A stretch of DNA of 64,000 nt from Eledone cirrhosa (Eukaryota). The stretch's first letter is position 1, and the number at the start of each line of letters is the position of its first letter. Where the stretch lies: positions 350,486,001 to 350,550,000 of the forward strand of contig OZ024740.1 in assembly GCA_964016885.1 (NCBI GenBank), in the 5' to 3' direction. Shown here piece by piece: positions 53,210 to 64,000 of this stretch. A model generated the notes under the pieces. The model did not search any database. It was not told where the DNA came from and was given only the letters and a program-made list of their open reading frames with translations. The translations under genes and the position numbers were made by a program.

Positions 53210-56200
53210 CTACCAACAACAACAATGATAACAACAACACCACCAACAACAACAGCAACACGAACAACTCCACGAACAAGGAAAATATTTCTTTTGCTCA
53301 AACCGTCCAAAAGAGGGAACTGTTCACATACCTTGACATTTCCAATGCTAGGGAAATGTTAAGCGATGCAAAACAGTACGTAACTTTTGGTGAGAGTGGT
53401 GCTTTCAGCATCACTTCTCCTCAACAGTTACGCAGATAAACTGTTCTAAAAACAGTAATTTTTAGCACGGTTTCAAATGTGTCGAAAAAACCAGTTCAGT
53501 TATCCCAAAACGATATTGAACTGGTTCTGAAGAATTCCATGAAGGATATTGCCTTCATCCAAAAAGGAAAACTTTTTGGAAGCATTTCGGTGTTGTTGAA
53601 AGACCAATTGACAGCACAAAAATATTCTGTATCGCCGATTGTGTCCCCCCATTACACCCTTTTCCCCATATATATGGGAAAAAGAACTCAAAAAATAAAA
53701 ATTTTGAACATTGCACCAAATGTAAACGTCTGGTGGATTCTAACGGGCTTCATCGATTTCGACGAAGAAACCATCATTTCGGTGGGAAAGTCCTCCAGAA
53801 TCACATTCAATGGTACAAGCATGGAAGTTCTGGTCCAAATGAGGCCATAACGGATAGCTAAAATACCCCAACGTGAGCCTCTGGATGGAATTTCACACAT
53901 AAACATTTCTGTTGAGGGTAGGCGGCCTTCATGTTACCACTGTTTAAGCAGTGGTCACCTGGGCTTACTGTCCTCAGTTAACTAACAAAAAAAAAGAGGC
54001 ACTACTGCCAACACCCAAAACAACAACACAACCACCACCACCACCACAACAACAACAGCAAAACGCAAACAACCAAAACAAGAACAACAAACCAACCGGC
54101 AAGCACAGTCCCACCCAACCCCACTCCACCTAAAACGACTGCAAAAACACCCACAAACACAACAGCTCCCCAAAACATACCCCTTCCAAATAACACAGAC
54201 ACCACGACGGACGAGGCCCCCACATCATCACCAAGTGGTGATGAGGGAGAGCCTCTCCGTTTGAAAAAGAAGAAAAGGCACCACAAGAACAAAAACACAA
54301 CAAACATCACTACAAACATACAACCACCAACACAAACAACACAAACATTACAAACAAAAAAACCCCGTCCCGAAAACAAAACCACGACATCACTCCAAAC
54401 ACAAACACCTACAACAAAACGAAAGCGCCCACAAGAATAACAGACAAAAACCACCGCAACGCAACAAGAACATTACACATACATAAACAGTAAAAACAAA
54501 ACTTTAATAGAGGTCATCTCCAACGACCCTTCGGTTTTCACCGAAGGGAAAACTTTTTCGAACTGTGTAGACAAACCTAATTTAAAGATGATTAGGGTCC
54601 CTACGGACACCTATAAGTCTTTAAAGGAAAACTTTCCTAAGGACGTGGGTAATCCTTGTGTTAAACCCATTAACCGCGTCCTTTTAAAAAGATTCCCCAC
54701 CCTCACCCCAGACACACCCACCCCAGACACGCCCACCCCACCAAACATCTCTGTCCCCACCCCGCCGGAAACCACCACCCACCCAGACAACTCCTCTAAC
54801 ACCCCCATGGAAACCGTGCGGCCTGATCCCCGGGAGACGAAGAGGTGAGTGTTTTCTTCTCCTCTTTTAACTTTTCAGAACCAACATAGTCAATATAAGA
54901 GTTGGGTGTGTGAATGTACGCGGCCTAGAAACAGGGCAGTATGGATGTAGTAGCCATTTGCGAGTTCAGTATCCACAGCGAGCGACAGCTGGCCCCCATC
55001 TTCGATGACTTTGAGATCTACGCATCTCTCTGTCAGCCGGGGGGCGGGGGCGGGGTTGCCGTTTTGCTGCGGAAACACCTGGGCCTCGTAACGCAGACGG
55101 TACATCTGGACCCAGAGGGTCGACTGGTGGTCCTAGACGTTGACGGTATTGAAGGTGCAGCCTTCAGGCTGGTGGCCGCATATGCCCCATCCGGGACACC
55201 GCGGCCAGACTTCTTCAAACGTCTAGAGACTTTTCTGGGAACGTCCCGCTCCATGCTTTTAGTGGGGGACTGGAATGGAATCCTAAATGCACGTTGTGAC
55301 TATGTAGGAGCACGTCCCGATAAGGGGGGGGGGTGTAACATCCTCAAACAGTTAATCGGCCGATTTGACCTGGCCGATAGATATCAACTACATTTTCCGA
55401 CTGTGCCACTGTGGACGTGGACTAATCGCAGCGGAACATCTAGATCTTACCTAGATAGGGTTCTAGTTAGAAATAAGGATAGGGACATGTTAAGCTGTCC
55501 ACAAATGTTCATGGTTGCCTATTCAGATCACAAACTAGTGACCTGCATGGTCAACCTTGATAGAAACGATAGACAAGGACCCGGCTACTGGAAGCTGAAC
55601 TTGTTGTTACCGACATGCAAAGTCTACAGTAGACGGATTAGCACTTTAGTTAAACAAGCACTTGACTGGGGCCATTGTCAACAACAGATGGTGGTACTTT
55701 CTCAAGAGGGCAGTTAGATTAGACTCGTTAGTTTTTAGTAAAGAATTAGCGTTAGATAGAAATAGAACCGAGAAAGAACTGGTAGATAAAGTAGAAGAGG
55801 CAATTAGAAGTGGCAACGTAGCCAGCGTGCTAGCAACGAGAACGGCCTTGGACCAGTTCTTCGACGCAAAGCATGAGGGCTGCGTTGTCAGAAGCAAAAT
55901 AAGTGCTCTGGGATACGAGGGAGCCAAAGCTTTTAGCTGGGACCGAGTGATGGAGGCAAAAAGTGGCAACAAGTCCACGATTCGGTCTTTGAAGGACCAA
56001 AACGGACGCGTGATACGTGAGCCGAAGCAGATGTGTGCGGCCTTTCAGCGGCACTTTGCTCAGCTGTTCGGGCAGGGCAGCGCGCCGGGAGGGGCTATGG
56101 ATTTCGGTCCATATCTCGACGGCCTACCGCGACTCTCCGACAGCGAGGCAAGGTTCTGCGAAAAGCCGATTTCAGCCGCTGAGATAGGGGACGCGTTGAG

Positions 56201-57800
56201 CCAATGCGGCAAACGCAAATCTCCAAGTTTCGACGGTCTACCCTACGAATTTTACGTAGCAATGCCGGACTTATTCTCCGGTCTCCTGGAAGCGGTCTAC
56301 TGCAACTGGCAACAGAACGGGAGAATTCCCAATTCTGTGACCGGGGGCGTAGTCACACTAGTCAGGAAGGCGAGAATAAGGGGGATGACATAGCCAACTT
56401 CCGGCCCATAACTCTGCTAAACACAGAGTTACAGATTTTGGCCAAGGTGTAGGCAAAGAGGCTGGCGCCTGTCGTCGAGAACCTGGTGCGAGAAGCGCAG
56501 ACATGCGCAATCCTGACCAGGTTCATACACGACAACCTCCACCTCATGCGATACATCACAGAGAGGGTAGGGTGTAAACCCGGCTTCGGTGGGGCCCTGA
56601 TCAACTTGGATCAGTCTAAGGCTTTCGATATGGTTGACCATCGTTACCTGGATGCGGTGCTCGAGGCGGCATGCATTGGACCCGTGTTCAGGGGCTGGAT
56701 TGCTGCAATGCATAACAGCAACATCTGCTCAGGGGTTAAGGTGAACGGCTACCTCTCGGAGCCGTTCCATATCACGCGATCCAATTCGACAGGGATGCAC
56801 TCTCTCCTCCCTTCTGTACGTATTGACTCTCGAGCCACTACTGCGGAAGTTGGAGCTATTTCAGAGCATCCCTCTGGAACCGGGACTGCGGAAAGCGGCG
56901 TCGGCCTACGCCGACGACGTTACAGTAATGGTGTCGAGCGCCTCGCAAATCGAGGAAGTCGGTACCTTACCGAAGGAATACGAAAGGTTCACAGGAGCGA
57001 AGCTGAACCGGGACAAGTCCATCGGTTTGCAACTCGGATCATGGAGAAGCAAACCAATAACTTCCGATGGCGTCGTCGGACGCTGGACGGAAGGACCAGT
57101 AAAGCTGCTGGGGGTCTGGTTTGGTCCGGACCTCCAGGTGAAGAAGAACTGGAACGGCCAAGGTGTTTGCACTCACCCAGAAGTGGGCCGAGTGCAAACT
57201 ATCCTTGAAAGGTCGAGCGGAGGTGGCGAACACTTTTATAGCGTCCGCCATCTACTACCGCTTGACCGTCGTGCCTTGTCCAGCCAAAACGCTCGCCAAA
57301 ATAGAGCGCGCGCTCTTCCAATTCCTTTGGAAGAGGCGGGCTCCTTTGGTGAGAAGATCCATCTGCTGCCAACGTTCTTCCAACGGAGGGCTGGGGATGC
57401 CGTGGCTGACGATGCGCAAACACACGCTCAGGCTGCGGCATCTCTACCTTTTCCTCACCGGACAACCGGTGTGGGTCTCGTTCGTGAGGCGAGCCTTCCC
57501 ACGACTCGTGTCGCTGACCGAGCTGCAGTTCTGGGTCAAGCAAAGACCGAGGAAAATGGGCGACTGGCACATTGAATGTGCTCAGGCGCTCACAGCCCTC
57601 TGGCAGGCGGACCTGGCGATCAGTGGAGACTCCACTTCGTCATTCTATAGAGGGTTGATCTGCAGCAAGTGCGACGACGTGCTCGGTGAAACTCTAGGCG
57701 TAGAGGAAGACGAACGGGCCAGTCTGTTCGGTAGGACCTTCCGCCCGGGACCGATGGACAACTTCCAAAGGTTCCTGGCCTGGCAGTGCTACCGAGGAGA
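53210..57800 (+). mobile_element. Tx1/L1-clade LINE, 3'-truncated, frameshifted
   Basis: ORF1 remnant with a zinc knuckle (EGRRPSCYHCLSSGHL...CP at ~53915-53975). ORF2 has APE motifs (GGGVAVL, AYAP, GDWN, YLDRV, SDH, PGYWKLN) and RT motifs (DGLPYEFY, FRPITLLN, DQSKAFD, YADD, KLLGVWF, GGLGMP). Confidence 0.92.
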
Positions 57801-57801
57801 T

Positions 57802-58350
57802 CTCTCAGCTCGAGCCGGCGGGGCTGCACCGAGGGGACGGCAAAAGGCCAGATGGCATGACCATCTTCCCGTTTCGCGGAGGTAAACATCTCATCTGGGA
57901 TGCCACATGAAATGACGAATTCTCCAGCGGCAACCTGGTGCAGTCTGCGGCTAACCCAGGCTCTGCTACGCTTCGAGCTGAGGAGGGTAAACTCTACAAA
58001 TATCGGTCGCTTTCCTACAGGTTTGCGGTCGAGCCCGTAGTAGTAGGGCTTTTTGGTGTCCTTGGTCCTAGGACCACCTTCCTACTTACCACCATCAGCA
58101 CAGAGTTGGCTCCTCGCAGGTGTGAACCTCGTGAGCTGGAATGGTTCTTCCAAAACGTCTCCCTCACCATCCTCCGGGGAAACGCCTTCCCTATTCTGTC
58201 CGCCGGGGCCGAGGGGCGGCCAGCTCGTGGGGCCCCATTTTATCACAATAGTGAGAGATGGAGAGAGCAGGAAAGACGGAGGCAGTGACAGTGGGAGTTT
58301 GGTTCCACTGTGTTCGGATCTGGTGTACATGTATATATTTATTTACCACA
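57802..58350 (+). mobile_element. CRE-clade LINE 3' fragment (RLE domain plus 3' UTR)
   Basis: [35 protein letters not shown]...AEEGKLYKY...FGVLGP...WFFQNVSLTILRGNA. Confidence 0.85.
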
Positions 58351-59089
58351 CCACATCAACTGTATATTTGAACGTTCACAATATTATTCCTTCCAGTAGG
58401 GAAGGATAGGGATGGAGTTTGGGGTGAAGGGATGCAATGTGTATGTAGGGAGGGGGCTTTTGGGAAAATGTGAACAAGAATAGGGAGAATATGGCGAAGG
58501 AGAAAAGGGAAAGAAAAAATGGAGGGGAAAAAGAAAGAAAAAGAGGGAAGGGTGGGGGGACACAGAAGAAAGTTGGAAAAAAGAATGAGGGAGAGGGTGA
58601 GGAGGAGAGGTAGGAGAAATTTAGGGGTTTGATGGAGTGAAAGAATATAGAATAAAAGATTGAGTGTAAGTGCCAGTAGAATAAATAAGTAAATAGATTC
58701 AACACCAAAGAAGTTCCAACGAAGATAATGTGAATCAATTAATGAAAAATAAATAAATTGAATAACATGTAAAAATGTGACAACTAAGTGGAATTGGTGG
58801 TCAACGGAAGAAACGTCTAGCAAATTGATGGTTAATAGTGATAGTCCTTATAATGATGATGATAAGAAAAATAAAATGTGATGGTAATTAATAAACTATA
58901 TATATATATATGCATAACCAAATAAAGCATAATTAAAAAAACTGACAATTAGAAATTAAGTGAATGAGAGATAAGTATGTAAATTAACATTCTTCTGACA
59001 AAGTAAATAATTAGTTAGAAATTGAAACCAAAATTAAAATTGGTCATAATAAAGATGCGGATAATAGTAATAGAGATGACGGGGATAAT

Positions 59090-59500
59090 AATGGTTTCTT
59101 ATATAGGCACAAGGCCAGCAATTTTGAGGAGGGGAAAATCGATTAAATCGACTCAGTGCGTGACTGCTACTTTATTTTATCGACCCCGTAAGGATGAAAG
59201 GCAAAGTTAGCCTCGGCGGGATTTGAACTCAGGCCGTAAAGGGCCGTAACGCTATGCTTCGAAGCATGGTGTTTGACGCTCTACCGATACTGCCAATCCA
59301 CCACCCTTATGACGGGATAATAATGATATTATCCCGTCATAAGGGACGCCATGTTTTGTAGCATAGAGTTATGGCCTTTGTCATTCTGAGTTCAAATCCC
59401 GCCGAGGTTAACTTTGCCTTTATTCCTTACGGGGTCGATAAAATAAAGTACCAGTAATGCACTGAGTAATTGCTGGCCTTGTGCCAAAAGTAGAAGCAAT
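59090..59500. mobile_element. Two divergently oriented SINEs separated by a 19 bp-arm hairpin
   Basis: Minus copy 59090-59306; hairpin 59304-59345; 5'-truncated plus copy ~59344-59500. Confidence 0.88.
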
Positions 59501-59884
59501 AATGATATTGATAAATGATGTCATCTGTAATGAACGCAGCTAACAATGACAATTGGACATGTATCACATTCGACGGAAAAAGGTAAACTGAACTGTTGAG
59601 TTTAAGTTCCTAGTATTTAAACTGTTGTCTAAGTTACCAGAAAGTTCTTATATATTTGAAAGTTCACATATATTTGAAACTTCCAGAATGCTCTAGGAAC
59701 TTCTAGAAAAAAATACTTTAGTTACTCAACGCTGAATCTGTCTGGAATTTACTGACAAATACGTCAGTTACAAAAATGTCGCTGTCCGAGTCACAAAATG
59801 CAAAGTTAGAGGAGAATAGTAGTCTTTTCCTGTGCTTTCTATGCAGAAGCAAGCAGGAAATAGCACTTATTGACCAAAGATAAA

Positions 59885-60147
59885 CAAGTTAAACTTCTGT
59901 TACATAGTGTAATTGAGAGATCACAGTTCCGATACTATGGGCATGTGGTTACAATGTTTCAGGAAAGAATCGCTGGACAGATTTTACGGGCAAAACCAAC
60001 AGTCAGGAGACCCAGGGGTAGACCCCGAGCAAGATGGTTGGATAACATTCATGAGCTTGTTGATCTCGCTTGGGGATCCACCCGGATCAGTTGGAGACGG
60101 TTGCTTCTGACAAGACCCGCTGGAAGGAGTGTTTGAGGAATCTGCCC
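59885..60147 (+). mobile_element. RTE-like LINE C-terminal fragment
   Basis: IERSQFRYYGHV...RRPRGRPRARWLDNI. Confidence 0.8.
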
Positions 60148-60748
60148 CTAGTTGAGGATTTTCTCTCTCCCATCATGTATTTGCTGTGCAATTTCGCTCG
60201 TGTTAATGATGTGGGGTTGCATATCCTTGATGTACTTCGGCATGCTGTCTATTGACATCCTACCAGACTTATTCGTGGATAGACATACTACCTCACCATC
60301 CCTTGTGCGCTGCTTGAGGCTAACCAAGCCTTCTACAGGTTTCCTCCCAAGTTGTTGGACCTCTGGTCTGCTCTGTCTCTTAGTATACCGGTCTACTATA
60401 TGTCTAATCTTATTTCTAGCTATGGTGAACTGTGCCTCTGTCTCGTAATCTATTTGTTGTGGTATGCAAACCCTTTTATTAAAGGGTAACCTCGTAGGAT
60501 AGATATTACCCATCTTATATGTTTTGTCAGCTGGGTTGAAGAATAATTTCTCTAAGGGGTTGTCATTATATCTATCGTCATAGTTGTGTGTGTTGCTATT
60601 ATTGTTATTATGGTGGTTGTTGTTGTTCCTATCATTAGCATTATTATTATTGTTATGATTGCTAGATGTATTGTTGCTGTGATTGTTAGATGTATTGTTG
60701 TTGTTTTCTCCACCGTTATTGTTGTTGTTACTGTTATTTCTACCATTG
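60148..60748 (-). mobile_element. Inverted upstream fragment of a PLE ORF
   Basis: GLVSLKQRTRDGEVVCLSTNKSGRMS...YIKDMQPH resembles the pre-RT DKS/DKG motif; it abuts the plus-strand PLE body. Confidence 0.6.
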
Positions 60749-62455
60749 TGAACTCAAAGATCTCCTTGATGAGAGCTCCATAGACCTCATCATGTACTCT
60801 CGTTACGTAGACGACATCAATATAGTAATAAGGACATCCCCACAAGAGAGCACTAACAAGTTTGATTTAGAACGTAGCACAATGGAAAGCATCCAGCAGA
60901 TAGCTAATTCCATACACCAGATTATAACTGTAACTATCGACTACCCTTCCAAACACCCTAACAATAGACTACCTGTATTAGACACGGAACTCTGGATTAA
61001 CACTATAGACGAGAGAGCCCAAATTCTCCACTCACACTATGCTAAACCCATGGCCTCCAAATACCTGATACTAAAAAACTCAGCAATGTCCAGTAGTGCT
61101 AAGTTTAGTATTCTGATCGCAGACTTGGTACGAGTGATGAAGAATGTGTCCCGCATGTGCGACCCAACAGAAATGGAAAGACACATCCAACACTTCATCA
61201 ACCGCATGCAGTTCTCTGGCTACAACCAAAGAGACAGAATCAGAGTATACGAAGGAGCCACGAAGAAGTATAAGACCCTCATAGAACTGGACATGAAAGG
61301 AATTTGCCCATTATACAGGAGCAAATGATAGAATAGCTTAGATAGGACTAGACATAAGATAGGGAGAGCCATCTCATGGTACGACAACCAGAGATACCAG
61401 AGTGTCATATTTGTGGACGCTACCCCAGGAGGGAAATTAGCTAACCAGTGTAGAAAGGCCCTGAGAAAGACCCACTTAAAGATTAAGGTGGTAGAAAAGC
61501 CAGGAACCACCATAAAATCCCTGATCAGCAAAACCTACCCTTTTAAGAAAACCCACTGTACTAATAGGAAATGTATCATATGTAAAGTAAACCCCCGGAT
61601 AAACTGTAAAACTAGAAACGTAGTCTATAGCATAAGATGTACAGAGGGTACTTGCAGAAACATGACAACAACATACATAGGCGAGACAGTTCGTAGTATA
61701 TGTGAAAGGATAGACCAACACTGAGGGGAACTAAAAGGACGAAAAAACGGTTCAGTACTATAAGAACATACCAGACAACAACACAACAGTAACATAGACA
61801 ACATAGAAATTAGAATAATATCTAAACATAGAAATGACCCAGCAGATAGGCAAATCAGAGAGGCTAGCCAAATAGAACTTAGAAGGCAAGGCTAAACAGA
61901 AAAAATGAATGGAATAACAATAACACCCAAACAAACAACACTGACCTAAGAGAAGTATAAATAAATAAATAAATAAATACATACACAAGCACAATAACAA
62001 CAAACATATATAAACACACACTAGTAAACTAAGATAGAATACAATAACCAATATACAGTCACCCAAACACGAACACACATCAAACAAAACACTATACACA
62101 AACGCAAACGCATGCGCAGAGAAGACAAAAACATAAACAAATAAATAAATAAATAAATAAATAAACAGACTAAATAAAGATGGCGTAGGCATACAATGCA
62201 ACGGGAGGAAACATAATAGCACCACTGACGATGTTGCAGATGTGCAACGAAAGAAGTTTGTTAGACTATATATGTGTTTGTGTCTATATTGTATCTGTAT
62301 TCTTGACCGTTGGTCAGTCAATGGTAACATTGAGGACCGAATAAATTAAATTAACCGATATAAAGGACACAGAAGCGAAAACCAACCAAAGAGTGAGTGT
62401 GTTCTGATATTAATTCTGGCAATATTATTACACAAATATGACCCTCCCCAAGTAT

Positions 62456-62460
<5 letters not shown>
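60749..62460 (+). mobile_element. Penelope-like element, 3' half (RT C-terminus + GIY-YIG)
   Basis: RYVDDI, LPVLD, HYAKPMAS, MQFSGY, FVDATPGG, C...C..C...NCKTRNVVY...YIGETVR; a hammerhead-like core at 62225-62252, AATAAA, then (TA)n. Confidence 0.9.
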
Positions 62461-62501
<41 letters not shown>

Positions 62502-62528
62502 GTTTGTAGTTGTAAGGCCAAAACAATG

Positions 62529-62889
62529 CAGGTATGGATATAGAATATAAATGCAAATGCAAAATATATTGTTGACAATTAGTCTTTTACCTTAAATTTA
62601 TTTAAATATCCTCAATTTTTGAGATAATATCTCTTCTTCGGAGGGAAGTAAAGTGGTTAATCCAGTATTCTAATTAGCTTGCCAAGTTATGCTGACAGGA
62701 AATAGTATCATACCATTTCCTGTCAGCATGACTTGGCAAGCTAATTAGAATACTGGATTAACCACTTTACTTCCCTCCGAAGAAGAGATATTATCTCAAA
62801 AATTAAGGATATTTAAATAAATTTAAGGTAAAAGACTAATTGTCAACAATATCTTTTGCATTTGCATTTATATTCTATATCCATACCTG
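62529..62889. repeat. Near-perfect palindrome, 175 bp arms, between (TA)n tracts
   Basis: 62529-62703 versus 62715-62889 with about 3 mismatches. Confidence 0.95.
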
Positions 62890-62920
62890 TTGGAATTGGA
62901 AAAAATGTCTTTAGATATAT

Positions 62921-62994
<74 letters not shown>

Positions 62995-63103
62995 ATGTGT
63001 GTGTGTGTGCGTGTGTGTGTTTGTGTGTGTGCGCGCGTATGTGCGTGTATATATATAATTAAAATCAATTAATAAAGGGTTACTTCACTATAATTGTTGT
63101 ATT

Positions 63104-63154
63104 GCATGATATATATTTCTCTTACATGGTTATGCATGTAACTTCATCAGATGC
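63104..63154 (-). ncRNA. Minimal type-I hammerhead ribozyme
   Basis: Minus strand: gcat-CTGATGA-ag-ttacatg-cataac-catgtaa-ga-GAAA-tatata-TC-atgc. Confidence 0.75.
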
Positions 63155-63931
63155 TCATAGGCGTGCGTATGCAATCATGCGGATATGTCACTAGTCATGC
63201 ATTACCTACTAGTTGTGATGCCAGCAGACATATATATGTGGCTGCGACATATATGTAAACAGGCATTTGTGATTGGTGTCGCATACGTACTTATATTAAT
63301 GAATAAACTTTACATTCAAATTTACGGAAGTACCTTGCATAAAATCCATATACATTTATGTGTTTGTTTGTTCTCTATTTAAACTATTTTTACTTATTCA
63401 CTTTGGTCATTCAGTTTATAATATATCAATTTCCTTTTTACGTTAGAGTTACTCCGCTTTATTTTCAGGTGGTGTGTATAGATTGATTTTTTATATCTAA
63501 ATTATACTTTATATCTATAGCAACATCAAAGGAAAGTGAATTTTTCAACTTGTTGAGAAGAATTGCCTCCCAACAGGTGATTCCGTACAGAATATGTGTT
63601 GACTTTTACATAAAAGATGAGGATATCGATGGAATGGCTATGATGTGGATACTAAATAACGATTTCTTTTATAGCTACAAAGCTGACGGCTAAGGGATAT
63701 TACATGCAAACGTTACGAAACAGTGTGAGCTTGGAACGATAAATGGAAGCAAATAGACTGATATATATATATATATATATATATATTATACAAACGGACG
63801 GTAAATATTGATGTAATTCAATTCAAACACTCAACATCATGTTACTTCTTCAAAATAAGAATGACGGAGTATAGTTAGAATGAGGAAAATGTTGAAGGTG
63901 TAGATGTTAAAGATTTCTTTATTAATAAAAT

Positions 63932-63995
63932 GTATGAATATTTCAATGACGATCATGATCCCTTGGTTATGTAACCATTACCGTGAACTCATCAG
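63932..63995 (-). ncRNA. Decayed hammerhead-like motif at the window edge
   Basis: Minus strand: CTGATGA...tggtta/taacca hairpin...GAAA-tattca-TA. Stem I is unpaired; AATAAA and (TA)n lie downstream. Confidence 0.35.
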
Positions 63996-64000
63996 ACGCC

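Noticed and set aside
57908-57910. TGA at a position that is often Cys (WDAT*) as possible selenocysteine
   Set aside because: A single substitution in a decayed fragment is simpler, and no SECIS was recognised.

Overview
Repeat-saturated, AT-rich animal intergenic or intronic DNA. The dense (TA)n/(CA)n/(GA)n/(ACAT)n microsatellites and the abundant tRNA-derived SINE suggest an octopus-like mollusc (inference only). I found no convincing host exon, and most short ORFs are microsatellite translations. Recognisable content: an internally deleted mariner, non-autonomous Helitrons, several R4/Dong-like RLE LINEs, RTE, CR1-like, Tx1/L1 and CRE fragments, two Penelope-like elements (PLEs; RT plus GIY-YIG), a Chapaev3-like relic and about 17 SINE copies. 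The most striking signal not explained by the ORFs is a recurring module: a minimal type-I hammerhead ribozyme (CUGANGA...GAAA-palindrome-UH), often followed by AATAAA, then (TA)n. It occurs about a dozen times in varying states of decay. Several copies sit inside near-perfect 150-250 bp-arm DNA palindromes, so both strands encode the ribozyme, and one carries a compensatory U3:A8 core. All folds were read by eye and many boundaries are approximate.
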